Shown: positions 39,890 to 54,097 of the stretch, piece after piece
Numbering within the stretch: the stretch's first letter is position 1
How the letters are laid out: every line of letters starts with the position of its first letter
Assembly: GCA_047967505.1 (NCBI GenBank)
Contig: CM106538.1
Reading direction: 5' to 3' (one strand)
From: Dipteris shenzhenensis
Lineage: Eukaryota
DNA: 64,000 nt
The notes under the pieces: model-generated
Seen by the model: the letters and a program-made list of their open reading frames with translations, nothing else
Database searches by the model: none
Told to the model about the DNA's origin: nothing
Program-made: the position numbers and the translations under genes

Positions 39890-41439
39890 TAATGCTTCCT
39901 AGGGACTATGCCATGCCTGTAGGGAAGAAGCTGTGGTCTAGGGAGGAGCAAGAGGAATTTAGGGAACAAGGTAAAAAAAGGGCTAAATCTATGGTGTGAT
40001 CTGGCTCTACAAGAGATTGCAGATGCAGTTAGGCAGCAAGACATTGTATTTGAATGTGATAAGGCAGGGCAGGAAAGAATATGAGGCATTCTACGGCATT
40101 GTTTGGGATTCCTTGAAGTCATTGAAGTACTACAAATATATTCTTGTGCTGCCAATGTAGGTATGTGTTACTTGTGTCATAGTTCTCTATATTGTCCAAA
40201 GCATGCACACATAACATTTTCTTATAAAGTATGTATTGTCTGCACAAGATGTAGCCCACATAACTTTTTAGCCAGGATGAGTGATAATCCTAAATTTTGT
40301 TTTGTTTCACACATTTCAGGTCTAAGACAGAAGACAAGAAAGACCAAACTTAGTGCATGAGGACATTAACGAGTTCTACTTCATAGCATCCGAACACATT
40401 TTTGACAACGCCAAGGGGGAGCGAAGAAAGTTCCGGTTGTGTAAAGAAAAAATATACATTTTTGCCATTACTCAAATTCTAGGAACAAATCGTAAAGTTC
40501 TACGATATGAATCCAAGAGGTAAATCACATCATTTCACATGAACCACTATGCCATTTACGTAGTTCCAACACAGAGTTACAAATGTATCCATCCTTTCTG
40601 TGTAGAGGATCCAATACTTCCGTTCTATTTGAAGATGGACGAATGTGAAATAAAGAAGGGCCAAAAGATGGAGCGCGTAAATTTGGTGCTGATGACAGGC
40701 AGCTTAATGAACATGAAAACATCAATGGTTAAGGACAACCCTTCACTTTTTGGCATCTAGTTGAAAGACGATACGTGGTGGCTGGTTGCATTCCAAGTGC
40801 CCAAGGAAAACCACGCCGTCTTATCTTGGGTCTTCTCATTCTCCGACCTTCCAGCAATCATAGAGCATCAGCTTGCTGGGGAGAAGCTGTATGTTGATGG
40901 TGTGGGAGAGTTTGCCATACATTGGCATATCTTAGCTGATCTTAAGACAACCAAATGTCTTGGTCACTGTGAGCAGGGGCCTAGAGCCAAGTATTGTTGT
41001 CCCTTCTGCAAGGTTTAGTGCAAAATACAGAAGAATACAAATGAGAGTGAATAGATAAGAGACTATATATCAGTGGATTACACATAGCCACCAAACCGTG
41101 ACAAGGAAAGCACAAGTTCCAACGACGAGGACTGCATCTGGGATCCCATATTGCCCTACCCCTTACAAATATTCATTTTGCACATTACATGCAGAGATGC
41201 AGATCATAGACAAGCTTCTCCACCTGCATAGAAATTATGCAAACACTATGCCAAACATCAAAACTGTTATTCGGAACATTGACCAAATGTTCAACACAAT
41301 GGGTGCATGTGGAGGAAACACCCGCATAGGTAAAGACGTTCTGCTTTTAGGCAAAACACAAGATGTCCCGAGCAAAGTGAGCATTGGTGGTGTGAAGTGT
41401 AAACACTTTCTAGCCCCTTTATCAAGCAAATCATATTGA
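39890..41439 (+). mobile_element. Disrupted Transib/RAG1-like (CMC-related) DDE transposase gene, 3'-truncated
   Basis: FYLKMDE (first D), HWHILADLK (second D), KYCCPFC, then CTLHAEMQIIDKL (C2H2 insertion). Intron ~40161-40319. Stops at ~40758 and ~41016. Start approximate. Confidence 0.6.
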
Positions 41440-43298
41440 ATATGAGGGCACAGATGCCAGAAAATCACGGGAATCTGCAGTCCTCGGCTTCTATGGTGCT
41501 CTTCAACATCTGACTGCATGTGCTATATATATATATATATATATAAGCCGTTGTACGATATCATATCCTTCTTCATCACAAAATCTAGTCGAAGTTGATT
41601 CGTGTACGCACACGTCTAGTATTGCCAGGATGTGCTGCCATTCCAAGGGTTCAAACTCTAGTTCCGGAAACGGTTACGGCACATAAGCCTCATCCTTGGC
41701 CTATCCATATCACACTCCTCTCTGTGGAGACTACCACATTCAAATGCACCACACATCCAAAGATGTGTTTTAGCATTCATCCATGCAGGTAGCTCAGTTT
41801 CAGCCTTGGTGGTCGAATCAAAATCTTGGACCGATGTCCGAGCTACATCTTGATATCTATGATCCTTCAGGTTTATTCGAGTAGTCACATCCGTTTGCCG
41901 TAGATATATATAGTCATAACCCCAATCCTGAATTATTTTGAGCTGTCACATAAACAGTCATCCGAATATGATGTCGTACATGGGTTTCTTCCCAAAATCC
42001 ACTACGGCAAAGGTGTGTTCATACTCAATCCCACACATGAATAACAACAATGTGTTCGAGCATTCCTAGTGGCCTTTCAATATAGCCGTCTGCTAATTGA
42101 AGTTTCATCCTTGTCTTATGGATTGTTGGCTTACCCCAAGCCTCCCAAATCCGCTTGGTGGCAATGGCCACTCCGGCTCCACTATCAAGAATTGCCATTG
42201 TTTTCACATTGGCATACTCTACTGGGAAGAGGGTATTTCCATCCTCGCCTTCACAATAATCACCGACTTTGTTGACTGGCACTGGTCGCACAATCTTACT
42301 TGGTTTTCCACCTCTTTCATCTCGTTTCTTTAGGATTTTAGGCCATCCTTAACCCCCATCTTTTCCAACGACTTGCCTACTCCTTTCCACATGTGAGGTT
42401 TAAGCTTCAAGAGTTCTGCCAGAGTGATGGTACAACGTATCGATGTCAACAGTAACTCTTGAATACTTATGGAACTTCCCACTAGAGATGTAGATCTCCA
42501 TTGAGAGGGTAATTTTTTGATCTCATATTCTGACGTATGAGGGTAATGTCTTTAGCGTTTCTATGTTTTTTCCGATCCCTTATCACCATAGAGTGACCCC
42601 AACTCATGATCTAGCAATGGATGATCTAGGTCAATCTCTATGATTGGAGCTGACTATAAAGTCATGCTTCCCTCATTGGCTTGTGTTATTGGTGGGCCAC
42701 TGGCCTTCTACTACCAACATCGTTTTGTTTTTAAGGGTAAGCTTGCTTGCTTGTTCATTTGCCATTGACGAAGGAGTCGGAACTTCCTCTTTTGCATAAT
42801 CATTATAGGCAATTCGGGTATTTCAATTGATTCTCTCAAGGGTACACTAACTGGTTTTATCAAGGATTGAGCTGTCTCAATGAGTTTTTTACACAGCTGA
42901 AAGCCAAGGACAGGGTCTGGGTGTAATTTGCTTCGTTCTTCTAGTGTTTCACCTGGCTTCAAAGGAGCTTCAACTTGAGCATCTAAAGTTTCAAATTTCT
43001 TGTTCACCAGGATAGATCCTGATGTCTTTCTCCCACCTCTATCTTGTGGCTTAGCCGGCCTTGGTTTTGCCTCCTTAGAAGTCTGTATGACTTGATCTTC
43101 ATCTAAAGTGCCTTGAGCTTTGGTGAGCTCCTTCTGCTTGCGTTTCCTCTCTTGGCACACTCACGGTAGGCTTTCCAAGAGCCTCGTCTAGACTTCTTTC
43201 TTTGAGACGTGGTTTCCACGTTTGTCTATTGATCAATCTCTTTTTCCTTCATTTGATTTTTCTTTTGAGCTCTTGTGACCACTCTCATAGGTACAACC

Positions 43299-46200
43299 TG
43301 AAACCAAAAAAGTATTTCTTTCACACACAAATACACCACTTAATCAATTGGAGAAGAAGAACACAATCACTCCATGAAAACGACACTAGACTGGGTACAA
43401 TCTTCCCCCCCCTAGATGAGTGGCTCACGCTTCCTCATTTAGAGTATTTATGATATTTCATAAAAGCACCAAGGAGCCAAAATTATCCCTCTCATCCAAA
43501 AATGAGGGATTTGCTTTACATAGCCATCTTAGGGCCCAAAATGAATTATGTCCACAACAAAATATATTGCTCAAACTTGCAATAATAAAACAAATACAAA
43601 ATTGGCAGATGGCCATATATAATGCGCTGTGCGACACCTCGATCGGTACCCTCGCACTAACTCCAACCCTTGCTATGAGTTCCATCACCTGTACTCAAGC
43701 CGCCAATTTCATTAGTTATCAACAATCGATTGAACGAATCCCCGAATCAACCGATCCCAACATAACCGCGCTCACATTCCAGAAATTACTGCAAAACTTT
43801 GAATCTCGATCATACACTATAATCTTTGGCAAGCCATGATGAACAAAGATATGCTTGATGAATAAATGTGCAGCTTGCTGAGCTGTTAAAGTCTTCTTGC
43901 ATGGGATGAAATAAGCTTGCTTACTAAAGCGATCTATTATCGTCCAAATCATATCTTTTTGATTCACTGTAGTAGGAAAACCTGTTATGAAATCCATAGA
44001 TATTTGTTCCCAAGGTTGCGTAGCAATAGGCAAAGGCATAAGCAATCCTGGGGTCTTTCCTTTGTAACTCTTGATCTTCTGACAAGTGATGCATTCGGCG
44101 ACAAACTTAGCCACATCTTTTCTTATAGTAGGCCAATGAAATTCTCTTGCTATCACTTGTAAAGTGGCAGTCACTCCCTATGTCCCATATATGGTGGTTG
44201 GTGCATTTCCTCCATTACAATTTGTCTAAAGGATCGAGTGATGCATAATTTCTTTTGATAAAAGAGGTATCCATCATTGCATGAATAGTCCAACATAGGA
44301 TTCCAATTGTTATTCTCTAATTTTTTCCATATATTGGAGAAGTCTGGATCCCCTTGATAAGAGTTCTTCATACCTTCAAAAGGCTGGGTCTCTACAGTAG
44401 TGATGTGATTAATACTTGGCTTTCTGCTAAGAGCATCAGCAACTACATTTTCCTTTCCAGGTTGATACTGAATCATGGGCTGAAAACTCTGAATAAATGA
44501 TGCCCACTTGATGTGTCTATCGGATATTAGTGGCTGAGTCAACAAATGCTTGATACTTTGCTGATCGATTTTGATAAGAAACTCAGCTCCCACCAAATAA
44601 TGTTTCCACATTCGTAAAGCATGCACAGCAACGGTTAACTCTTTATCATATGTACTATAATTGCATTTGTTGGTTTTAATTTTCGGCTCTCATATGCTAT
44701 TAGATGTCCATCTTGCATAAGTACGGCTCCAATTCCACATCCACTAGCATCGGTTACAACTACAAAGAATGGTCTAGAGAAATCGGGTAGTTGCAACACA
44801 GGAGCTTGTGTAAGAGCTTCTTTCAAAGCTGTAAAAGATTTATCTTGACGCTCAATCCATAAGAAATGCTTAGCTTTTCTAAGAAGGTCTGTCAATGGTG
44901 GATGTGCAATGTATGCGAAATTCTTGACAAACTTTCTATAAAAGCTACACAATCCCAAGGATAATCTTAATTCATGTATATCTTGGGGTTTAGGCCATGT
45001 GACTATGCACTCAATCTTCTTTAGATCTACTCGAATCCCATCGACGGATACAATGTGACCCAAATACTCTATCTGATCTTGAAAGAAACTGCTCTTTTCA
45101 GAGTTTATGTACAATTGATTTTCTTTCAAGAGTGAAAAGACTAGCTTCAGATGTTCCTTATGCTCCTCAACATCTCTGCTAAACACCAGAATATCATCGA
45201 AAAATACTACCACACAACTTTGGTGTTCAAGAAAGATTCGGTTCATCATTCTACTAAAAGTAGCTGGAGCATTAGTTAGCCCAAAAGGCATAACTAGGAA
45301 CTCATAATGTCCCGTTTGAGTTCTAAAGGCAGTCTTGTATATATCCTCTTCTACCATACGAACTTGATGATAGCCGGATTCGAGATCTATCTTACTAAAA
45401 ACCTTGGCCCCTTTCAATTTGTCCAAAAGATCATCAATACTAGGGATTGGATATTTGTTCTTCACTGTGATTTTGTTTAGTGCACGATAGTCTACGCACA
45501 TTTGATAGGTTCCATTTTTCTTTTTGACTAATAAGACAGGTGCTCCATAAGGAGAACTACTGGGTCTTATCAATCCTCTCTCTATCAATTCCTCCACTTG
45601 CTTTTGAATTTCCTTTTGTTCTAGCTGATTGACTCTATAACGAGCTTTGCAAGGTGGAGTATTGCCCGGTAGGATTTCTATCCTATGATCTTCAGGTCGA
45701 GAACATGGTAGTCCAGGCGGTAAATCTTCTAAGAAACAATCAAACATTTGAGAAAGAAACTTTTGGTGTATAGGCTTAGTGTTTAGCTGATTAGCTGTTA
45801 CCGTATTCACCAAAATCAGATATGTCTTCTCACGTTTTCTAATTGCTCTTTTGGCTTGTGTGTGGTTGAGTAAAGGACTAATCTGAGGTCTCATTGAGCT
45901 TTTCAGATATATTTCTTATCTATCCTTCTCAATCCACATCCGATGTGAATCATAATCTATCTTAGGATTATATTGATGCCTCCATGGCATTCCTAAGATG
46001 ATGTCCACTCCCTGTAGGGGTGCCACTAGAAAGTATCATGTATCCTTGTAGGGTTTGATTGTGATTTCAAGATTCTTGACTTCTCTAGTATAATTGTACT
46101 TTGTTTTGGTAAAAGCAACTTTGACCTTATAGTTATATGGGAAAGACTCTAGGTTTAGCTTTGCTAAGGTTCTTTCCGAAATGAAATCATGAGTACTACC

Positions 46201-49126
46201 ATCATCATGCAGAATAACAACCTTTTTGCCATTAATGAAACCTTTCATCTTTAGAAGAGCATGACAACTATACTTACCTCCCTCTTGCTTGGCTGCTTCA
46301 TCATCAATCATGAGCACCTTCGCCGTTGGGGTCTTCTTTCTTTCAGGACACTCAGTGGCTATGTGTCCCACCTTGTTGCACTTGAAACACTTTATTTCTT
46401 TCTTTGGAAAATTCCCACCATTTGGCTTCGAAGAAGAATCTGTCTTCTGTGGAACAAAGCCATTTTTAGATGTAAAGAAGGGCTTTTTATCAAATCTCTT
46501 TTTCTTGTGGAAGGGTACATGCCATCCCAAATCTTTCCCTTCTTTTGGGATCCCATTCTTCCTTTCACAATTCATTGCAAGAGAAATTGCTGAGCTCAGT
46601 GAGCGAGGATGAAACATGTTAATCTCGGCTCTCAACTTAGACTTTAGACCCGCCACACTTTATGCGTTGATCTCGCTCATTAACTTTCTCTAAGGACTGT
46701 AATTGGATCAACGTTTGCCAAAATCTATCAGTATATGTGGAGATTGTTTCCTTATCGAACTACCTAAAAGTATCCCACTATTGTCTAGATTTTGCTTTGA
46801 AATGTGAGGGAAGGAAATCTCTCTTGATGAGCTTTTGAAAAGACTTCCAAGATTTGGGTCGCCTTTTACTGTGCTTAGTGATGTTCCACCAAAGTGCAGC
46901 ACTCTCTACTAAATGATTTGTAGCACATTTAATCTTATCTTCTTCAGAGAATTTCTCTTCTGAAAAATAATCATCTAGCTGAGTGATCCAAGACAAGATA
47001 GTGCGTGCTTCTTTCTTTCGATCAAAATTTTGAAATGAGAAAGCTTTTGTACTTATCTTACTCTTCTTCCTCGAATTTTGTGCTCTCAGTGTGGCTTTGA
47101 CTGTCCTGATAATAGTATCATCATCGGAATCATCGTCAGATGAATGTCTCTTTCTTTTCTTACCATTGATTTTCTTTTCTAATCTCTCCCTATACTCACT
47201 CTCATCAGCCAACTGTGCCTGAAGTGTGTCTAACTGCTCTTGGAGTGTGGGTGGTTGTGGCTGATGCGCCATGATAATGCGATAAGCACAAATAAAGCGG
47301 AACGGAGGAAAAATAAAGATATTAAGTGTATGAGAATTAAACAGATGAAATAAAGATGTGATTCAAGTGTATGGTAAGACAACGGATGGCGGAAGATACT
47401 AAGTGTATGAAATATAAAGCAAAGAAATCACTTATATCGCTCTTTGATTCGAAGGTAGAAAAGACTAGAGTGGGAGATATGTGACCGATGTTGTCGCTCG
47501 TAGTCGTCTTGCGCTTGACTGATCTCCAATTAATTGCTCGATGATTCGTGGTTCCAATCGCCTTCTTGATTCGAGCTTCTCAGATTTGGCAATGGTCTTC
47601 GCCTTGTCGAGCTCCGATCGCCTTGTTGAATTTCCTCTTCTTCTTCTTCTTTTTTTTTAAAAAAATTATTAAAAAAGGGCCTTTTGAACCTTTGGGGTCC
47701 CTTGCTTTTTAGGAAGTCAAGGGAATCGTTTGACTTGGAAAGCTTGTGCTTCAATCCTTAGAGCCGCAGATGGGCAGAGTCGCAGAAAGACTCTCAAATT
47801 GTCTTAATACCTCGTTGCAACGAGCGTGCGGATTAAGGAGTAAATATTTGCTATTCGCGATGGTAGAGTCCCAAAGTCACTTAAGGGGGTTGCCAAAAAT
47901 AGTAAAGGCTCGGACAGCCTGTGACGTAACACGACTACGCTACACGACTGCTCCTCCCAAAAATGGCGATGTGGAAGACATGGCTACTTCTTCCAAAAAC
48001 GATGGTGCTATGGATACTGCGGGGCTGCACCGCGTTGTCAGAGGCCTGAGGGCAGAGGCTGCTACTGCCTCGTAATTATTGCAAACTGCAGGTCATCACG
48101 CTCGTGACGACGACTGCTCCGAAAGCTTGCTCCAAGGTTAGATAGAAAAGAGCTGAAGGCACGTCTAACGAGGCTTTGTTGGCCTTTCAAATATACATGC
48201 GGTCAATCTTCTTTTTAGATTCTTTTGCCACGATTTCACGAGCTCCGATTATGCACACGTCCTCTTGAATCCTCCACAAAACTTATCTTTCCAAGGTGTC
48301 TTTTTCTTCTTGAATCCACATGAGGAAGCTTTAGATTTTTATTTTTATTTTTATTTTTATTTTTCTTCCTTCACAAGAGTGTCACCAAAGGCTCTGATAC
48401 CACTGAAACCAAAAAGGTATTTCTTTCACACACAAATATACCACTTAATCAATTGGAGAAGAAGAACACAATCACTCCATGAAAACGACACCAGACTGGG
48501 TACATCTCCCCCCCTAGATGAGTGGCTCACGCTTCCTCATCTAGAGTATTTATGATATTTCATAAAAGCACCAAGGAGCCAAAATTATCCCTCTCATTCA
48601 AAAATGAGGGATTTGCTTTACATAGCCATCTTAGGGCCCAAAATGAATTATGTCCACAACAAAATATATTGCCCAAACTTGCAATAATAAAACAAATACA
48701 AAATTGGCCCATGGCCATATATAATGCGCTGTGCGACACCTCGATCGGTACCCTCACACTAACTCCAATCCTCGCTATGAGTTCCATCACCTATACTCAA
48801 GCCGCCAATTTCATTATTTATTAACAATTGATTGAACGAATCACCGAATCAACCGATCCCAACATAACCGCGCTCAAAGCACAATAATCAAGCACAACAC
48901 CAATAACACTAGTGACATCAGTATTAGCATGGAATCACCCACAATACCGACCATCTAGCATGGCAAAACACAAGCTAGTCAGGCGTCCCCAACTAACCAC
49001 ACAAAGTATCCACTAGGACCCTCGCCGCGTCTGGTGCACTCCTATGGAGTACTTTGCCATAGTCACACTTGACTAAAGTAATAATATCCAAAGCAAGATA
49101 TATCACAAAATATAATTTCCGTAACA
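43299..49126 (-). mobile_element. Nested Ty3/gypsy LTR retrotransposon: 5' LTR 48404-49126, truncated 3' LTR 43299-43774, TSD CAACC
   Basis: Near-identical LTR segments. PBS TGGTATCAGAGC at 48391-48402. CAACC at 43294-43298 and 49127-49131. The host frame ESDMV|VPMRVVTRAQ is restored when the element is excised. Confidence 0.92.
43775..47272 (-). pseudogene. gag-pol of the nested gypsy element (Gag, CCHC, protease, RT, RNase H, N-terminal half of integrase), frameshifted
   Basis: [37 protein letters not shown]...[12 protein letters not shown]...[54 protein letters not shown]. Confidence 0.92.
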
Positions 49127-52100
49127 CAACCATATCACTCTCAAATGTACTATTTGCTTGCATCACTTCTACTATGTTGATGGTAGCCTTTCTTTTCTTA
49201 TCAGGATGATTAGGGCAATCTGAGAAGAAATGTTTATAACCACAGTCTGGACAATATCCATTAGTAGTAGGAGGTTTAATCAGAGGGCAATCTCTCATAT
49301 AATGATCTCCTTGGCATTTGTAACAAGGCCCAATAGGCCTTGGCTTTGATCCTGGTGTAATCCCACTATTGGCAATAAACATCAAAGTCTTATGATCCAT
49401 TGAGAAATGATCCCCAGTACTTTGAGTCGAATTTGCCAAAGGTATATGAGATTCCGAGGTTCCAACAAATGGAAGCTCATAATCACTTTGATATTACCCA
49501 TATAATGCAAGGTCACCTTCTGAGTATGGAGTAGTCGAGACCATAGCTCCTTCATTTTCCTCTGTCGGATATAAGTATCTGACTGCAGTTTTTTCCTCAC
49601 CAAGTAGTGGTGGCTCTTGGCCTAGCACCGGTTGTGGTTTTTCTGCCCCAGGGGTAGCATTGGCTTGCCTAGGTGCTTACCTCGATGGTGGTGGCTATTG
49701 TGCCCCTACTTGTCCTAGGTTGTATACATTGTTTCTAGGTCAGTAGTAGCACTCTGGTGTCTTATGTTTCATATACTTCCTCTCAATGCCACAACATCTA
49801 TTGTTTGGTGGTGGATAAACGTTCACTTTCTTGGGTAAATGAGGGCATTTACCATTAGAGTGCTCATCTCCACATAGTGAACATCTGAATGGTCTCAGAG
49901 GTAGTACTCTTTGGGCTGGTTGATTGACTTTCTACATCTGGTTCATTCATTGCATGAGTACATCCGTGATAGCCTCTGCATTCAGAGTTTGATTATCTTT
50001 CGAACTAATCTCACTCCTAGCCTTCGTACTGGTGGTTTCCTCTTTAAGTTCAGTCTTAGCTTTATCCGTGCCATAGATTTCACAATTGTCTTCCAGATCT
50101 ATAGCCTCTTTGATGCTGCTATCCAAGGTTGAGCACCTCTTCATGTAGACATCTTTTCTTAGTGTGACATTGGTCAGTACCTCTTACAAAAAGAGACACA
50201 AGCCTCGCCTGTTTAGGAACTTCCGACACCGGGCATCTGGTTATATATTGCTTAAATGTACTAGCCACATCTCTCATAGTTTCTTTCGATTGCTGTTTGA
50301 AATTATATATCCTTGCTACCGTATCATGTTTAATTCCTCTTTAAGATAATTCAACTATGAACTCCTGGATCAGTCATACCAGACCCTTTGAATTGCATAT
50401 GAAAATCCACTACTTGTTCAGCTCTAAGCACTTGTCTAAAGAGGGCGACATGGTCATGTGGATTTCCAGTTCCATTAAAACCTTTTTTGACCCACTTCTG
50501 GAACTGTGAAGGTCTCACTCTTCTAGTGGTTTCAGAAGGTTTTGCAAGAAAAAGGCTTAGATTAATCAGTGGCCCTATTGGTCTTGTTTGCACTAGATGT
50601 GCTATAACGCGATGAGCTAACAAGCCCACTCTGGGGTGTGGTTCCACTGGCCCTTTGTTGGCCACATAACCGCCTTTCGTTCTTGAACCAATCGAAAGTC
50701 CCGCATGTCCACCTTCCACATTGAAGGTAGGTGTGGTTGCATAGGATCCTACTCCTTTATATGTTTATCCACCATTAGGCTTATGCTCTTACTGAATCTA
50801 TCTTCAAGTATGGTCAATGGAGTAAACTTAGACTGTGCCTTCTTAGGAGGATCTCTATTGTGAATGTAATTGAGAACCGAGTCTCCCAAATAAGTGAAGT
50901 TGGCTGCATCTCACAACATAAGAGTTTCAAATTTGTTCTGATACTCATCCATGATAAGATCACTCTTAGGTTGTGTTCCAGAAAGGTCTGTGAAGCCATA
51001 CAAGGTTTTCTCCATGGTCAACGTGCCTATCTTTGGATTCCTAACCACCAAATAGAGGAAAATGAACTTCTGTTTCGGGTCTTGATGATAATAGAATCCT
51101 ATTCTTTCATCATCTGTCTCATGATAATAGGATTTCCATGTTTTCTCTAGGACGTAATTCCCTTCTAGTATAGGAATCCTCCCTTGAATCTCTTTTCTTG
51201 AAGACTTGACTCCATTAACTGACCAAACTTATCTACCATCTCAGGAGCAGAGGTAACCAAGTATATGGTACCATTCCTGCTACAGTAACTATCATCTTGG
51301 TAGTTCACTTGTGGCTCCATCTCCACCTCAGTGGTTGTATCTTCTATTCAAACACACAATCTTCTCATTGGGTCCTAATAGATGCTAGCTCCAAATTTAT
51401 TCTCATACTTATGTACAAGAGTCATACAACAGCTTAGCTTAGTCCCATTCCTTACAACGCTAGCCATGAGGCTAGGGGAAATTGTGGTAGTCCTATCAGA
51501 TGCCATGCTAGAACTAGTGTCAGACAAGTAGTCTGGCACTTCTTCCTCAATTGGCTCTAGTAGAGTAAACTGATTCACACTTTCTTCCATGGATACTAAG
51601 CTGATGTTATCTCTCTCACTCTGTTGCCCAAACTTGTAATGATTTCTTGACCTTAGAATCATAAACTCAACTATCAAAAGCAAGGATCACCTGGCTAGTC
51701 AAGCTTTTGATCCTCAGGCTTGGACTTCCCTATTTCTGCATAGCCACACAAGTATAGAAAGATTCTTAGTGGCTAGTAAATTGCTATATTTGGTAGTTTC
51801 CTATCCAAATTCTAGCAACTACTATATGCAGTGTTTACAAAGCTATGTGGGCTTTCCTATAGGTAACTTGAAGGAGATCTTGCACCCTATCTTCCTCACT
51901 CACTGTTATAGATACTTAAGAGTCTCAGCCACTTGTTTCTCTGTTTGGAGGCCTATGTGATGGCAGGAAGCTCTTGCTTTTCCACTTAGGGTTGAAAGCT
52001 GAATAAATCCTCCAAAATGCTCTAGTCTTCACCCAATTGAGTTCTTGCCCACTATACCACTATGTGCACAAAATATGGCGCTTACTGGCTCAATTACCTC

Positions 52101-54097
52101 AATCTTGGTTCAAATCGCAATGTGATCAGCCACGATGTGCATCACATGATGTGCATATAGGTGTAAATCACAATGTGAACAAAGACTCAAAATTGGACAA
52201 TCTGGTTTAACCAAGCTCTTGTGTGGGTTCTAGACTATTCCCAAGTGAAAGATGAGTTACAAACAACCAACTCTCAGAACCTCACAATGTGCACCGCATG
52301 ATGTGAATCGTAGATGTAAATTGCGATGTGAATATCCACAATGTGCATCACCAGGTGTGCATCGCGATGTGAACAACACGTATCAATTTTGGTTTGCCAA
52401 GCATGTGGGGGTCATAAATGTCCAGTCAAATGCCACACAATGTACTAAACTGAGTGAATTGTGGAAAAAAACTAGAATTCCAGAATGCAAATCTATTTCA
52501 AGCAGAGATGCACCACATCATACCCATCTCATACATATAAAAACTTCACAATTTGGAGATGTTTTAAGAATTCAAAACTCAAATGGTGCAATACAACAAC
52601 TTTTTATGTTTTTTCAATTTTCGCTTGCATTTTTGCACAAGGGGAATGGATTTTTGGACTTCTATGGTTTCTCCTAACCTACTCTATCCTACCTATGCTA
52701 TGAAACAAAAACAAACACAAATGAAATGCTCCAAGAGCTATTTGGGTGGGTGTTCAAGACGTCATAAAAGTCATCTCATGAACTTTTATACATCTGATAT
52801 GACACAAACACTCTACCACATGCATAGACTCAACCCAAAGTTCTTATGCACATGTATTCACTCTACCCAAATGCTTCGAACTAAGGGCAAGCTTCCCTTG
52901 CTCTCTTGGAAGACTACGAATCTCCAACCGTAACTTCCAAATGTAGGATTTGAAGCAATGTGACTCTAGGTTTGCATCTAGAGGGTCTCCAATTTAAAGA
53001 CAAGACATAGGGGAAAGTACATCCCGCCTAGTTTAGGTATCTAGTCCCCGACAATGGCACCAAATGTTAGCGGATTGCCACGACAAATGTTATAGACAAG
53101 CGAGAACTCGATTAACAATAAATTGTCACAATTCGAGGACGTAGACTACTCGGACTAGGGCACGGAGACTTTCCATGCTAGAGCTAGCATATGGGAAAAT
53201 ACTCTCGCATCCTATGGGCTTACAAATGCATGCAATGGTATGAAATACACTCTCAATGCATCCAATAAGACTTACATGCAATCCAATGCTCCTCTTTACA
53301 ATGTCTAAGCTCACATAATCACTCGATCAACTATGGAAAAGCTAAACCTCTTGCTTGAGGTACTAATCAAGCTCTATAACTCACTACAAAGCCTTCAAAC
53401 ACATAGGCCGGCCTCTTGCAAGCTATGGCTATAACCTCTCAAATCGACACAAATCTTTCCCACAAAGACTCAAAGCAATCATAGAACTAGAACATTGACA
53501 AAAGCATTCAAGAACATCACTATTCCATGCTTAATCACATACATTAGCAATTAATCAACCTACACAAAATCTTGAGTATCGGACACGAGCGTGAATTGCT
53601 CGACGAGGGGAATGCAATGCATACAATGCATTCGCACCAAGAAGGTTGCTCTATCGCATGGCAAGATCTACACAAGCTCTCTATTTCTCTCACACACACA
53701 CTCGAGCTATTATCTCCACAAAGTGATTTAATTCAAAGAGCACTAAAAATTACAAGATTTTGGCTTGCCGCCGGGAATGACCGGCAGTCATTCTAACAAA
53801 TCTATTGAGTGTTTAAGCTATGTGCAAATTGAAAATAGTACTTGGAAACCCGTAGGTCCCATGATTATTACAAAGGTAAAAATTCTAGTTACAGTGCTTT
53901 GGCTTTCATCTCTGTCCCACTTGCTTCATAGCTTCTCTGCTTTTCTCTAACACAGGGGTTTAATGGTTCCCAGTAGGCCATTAGCTTGTGCATGAAACGA
54001 AACTGCTTTGTCTACGACAAGCAATGTACATTCAGCACCAACCAGCTTGACCTTGTTTTATGTACTTATTAGTTTTGGGCCTTTGGGTTGCTCCTAG

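Larger units (their letters stand above)
41545..53952 (-). mobile_element. Athila-like Ty3/gypsy element (family A, copy 2): 5' LTR, tRNA-Asp-type PBS, degenerate gag and protease; interrupted by a nested element and truncated after the protease
   Basis: LTR 53065-53952 with TGTTAG..CTAACA termini. Minus-strand PBS TGGTGCCATTGTCGGGGA at 53045-53062. Knuckles CYKCQGDHYMRDC and CPDCGYKHFFSDC. Protease AILDSGAG (42025-42291). Confidence 0.7.
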
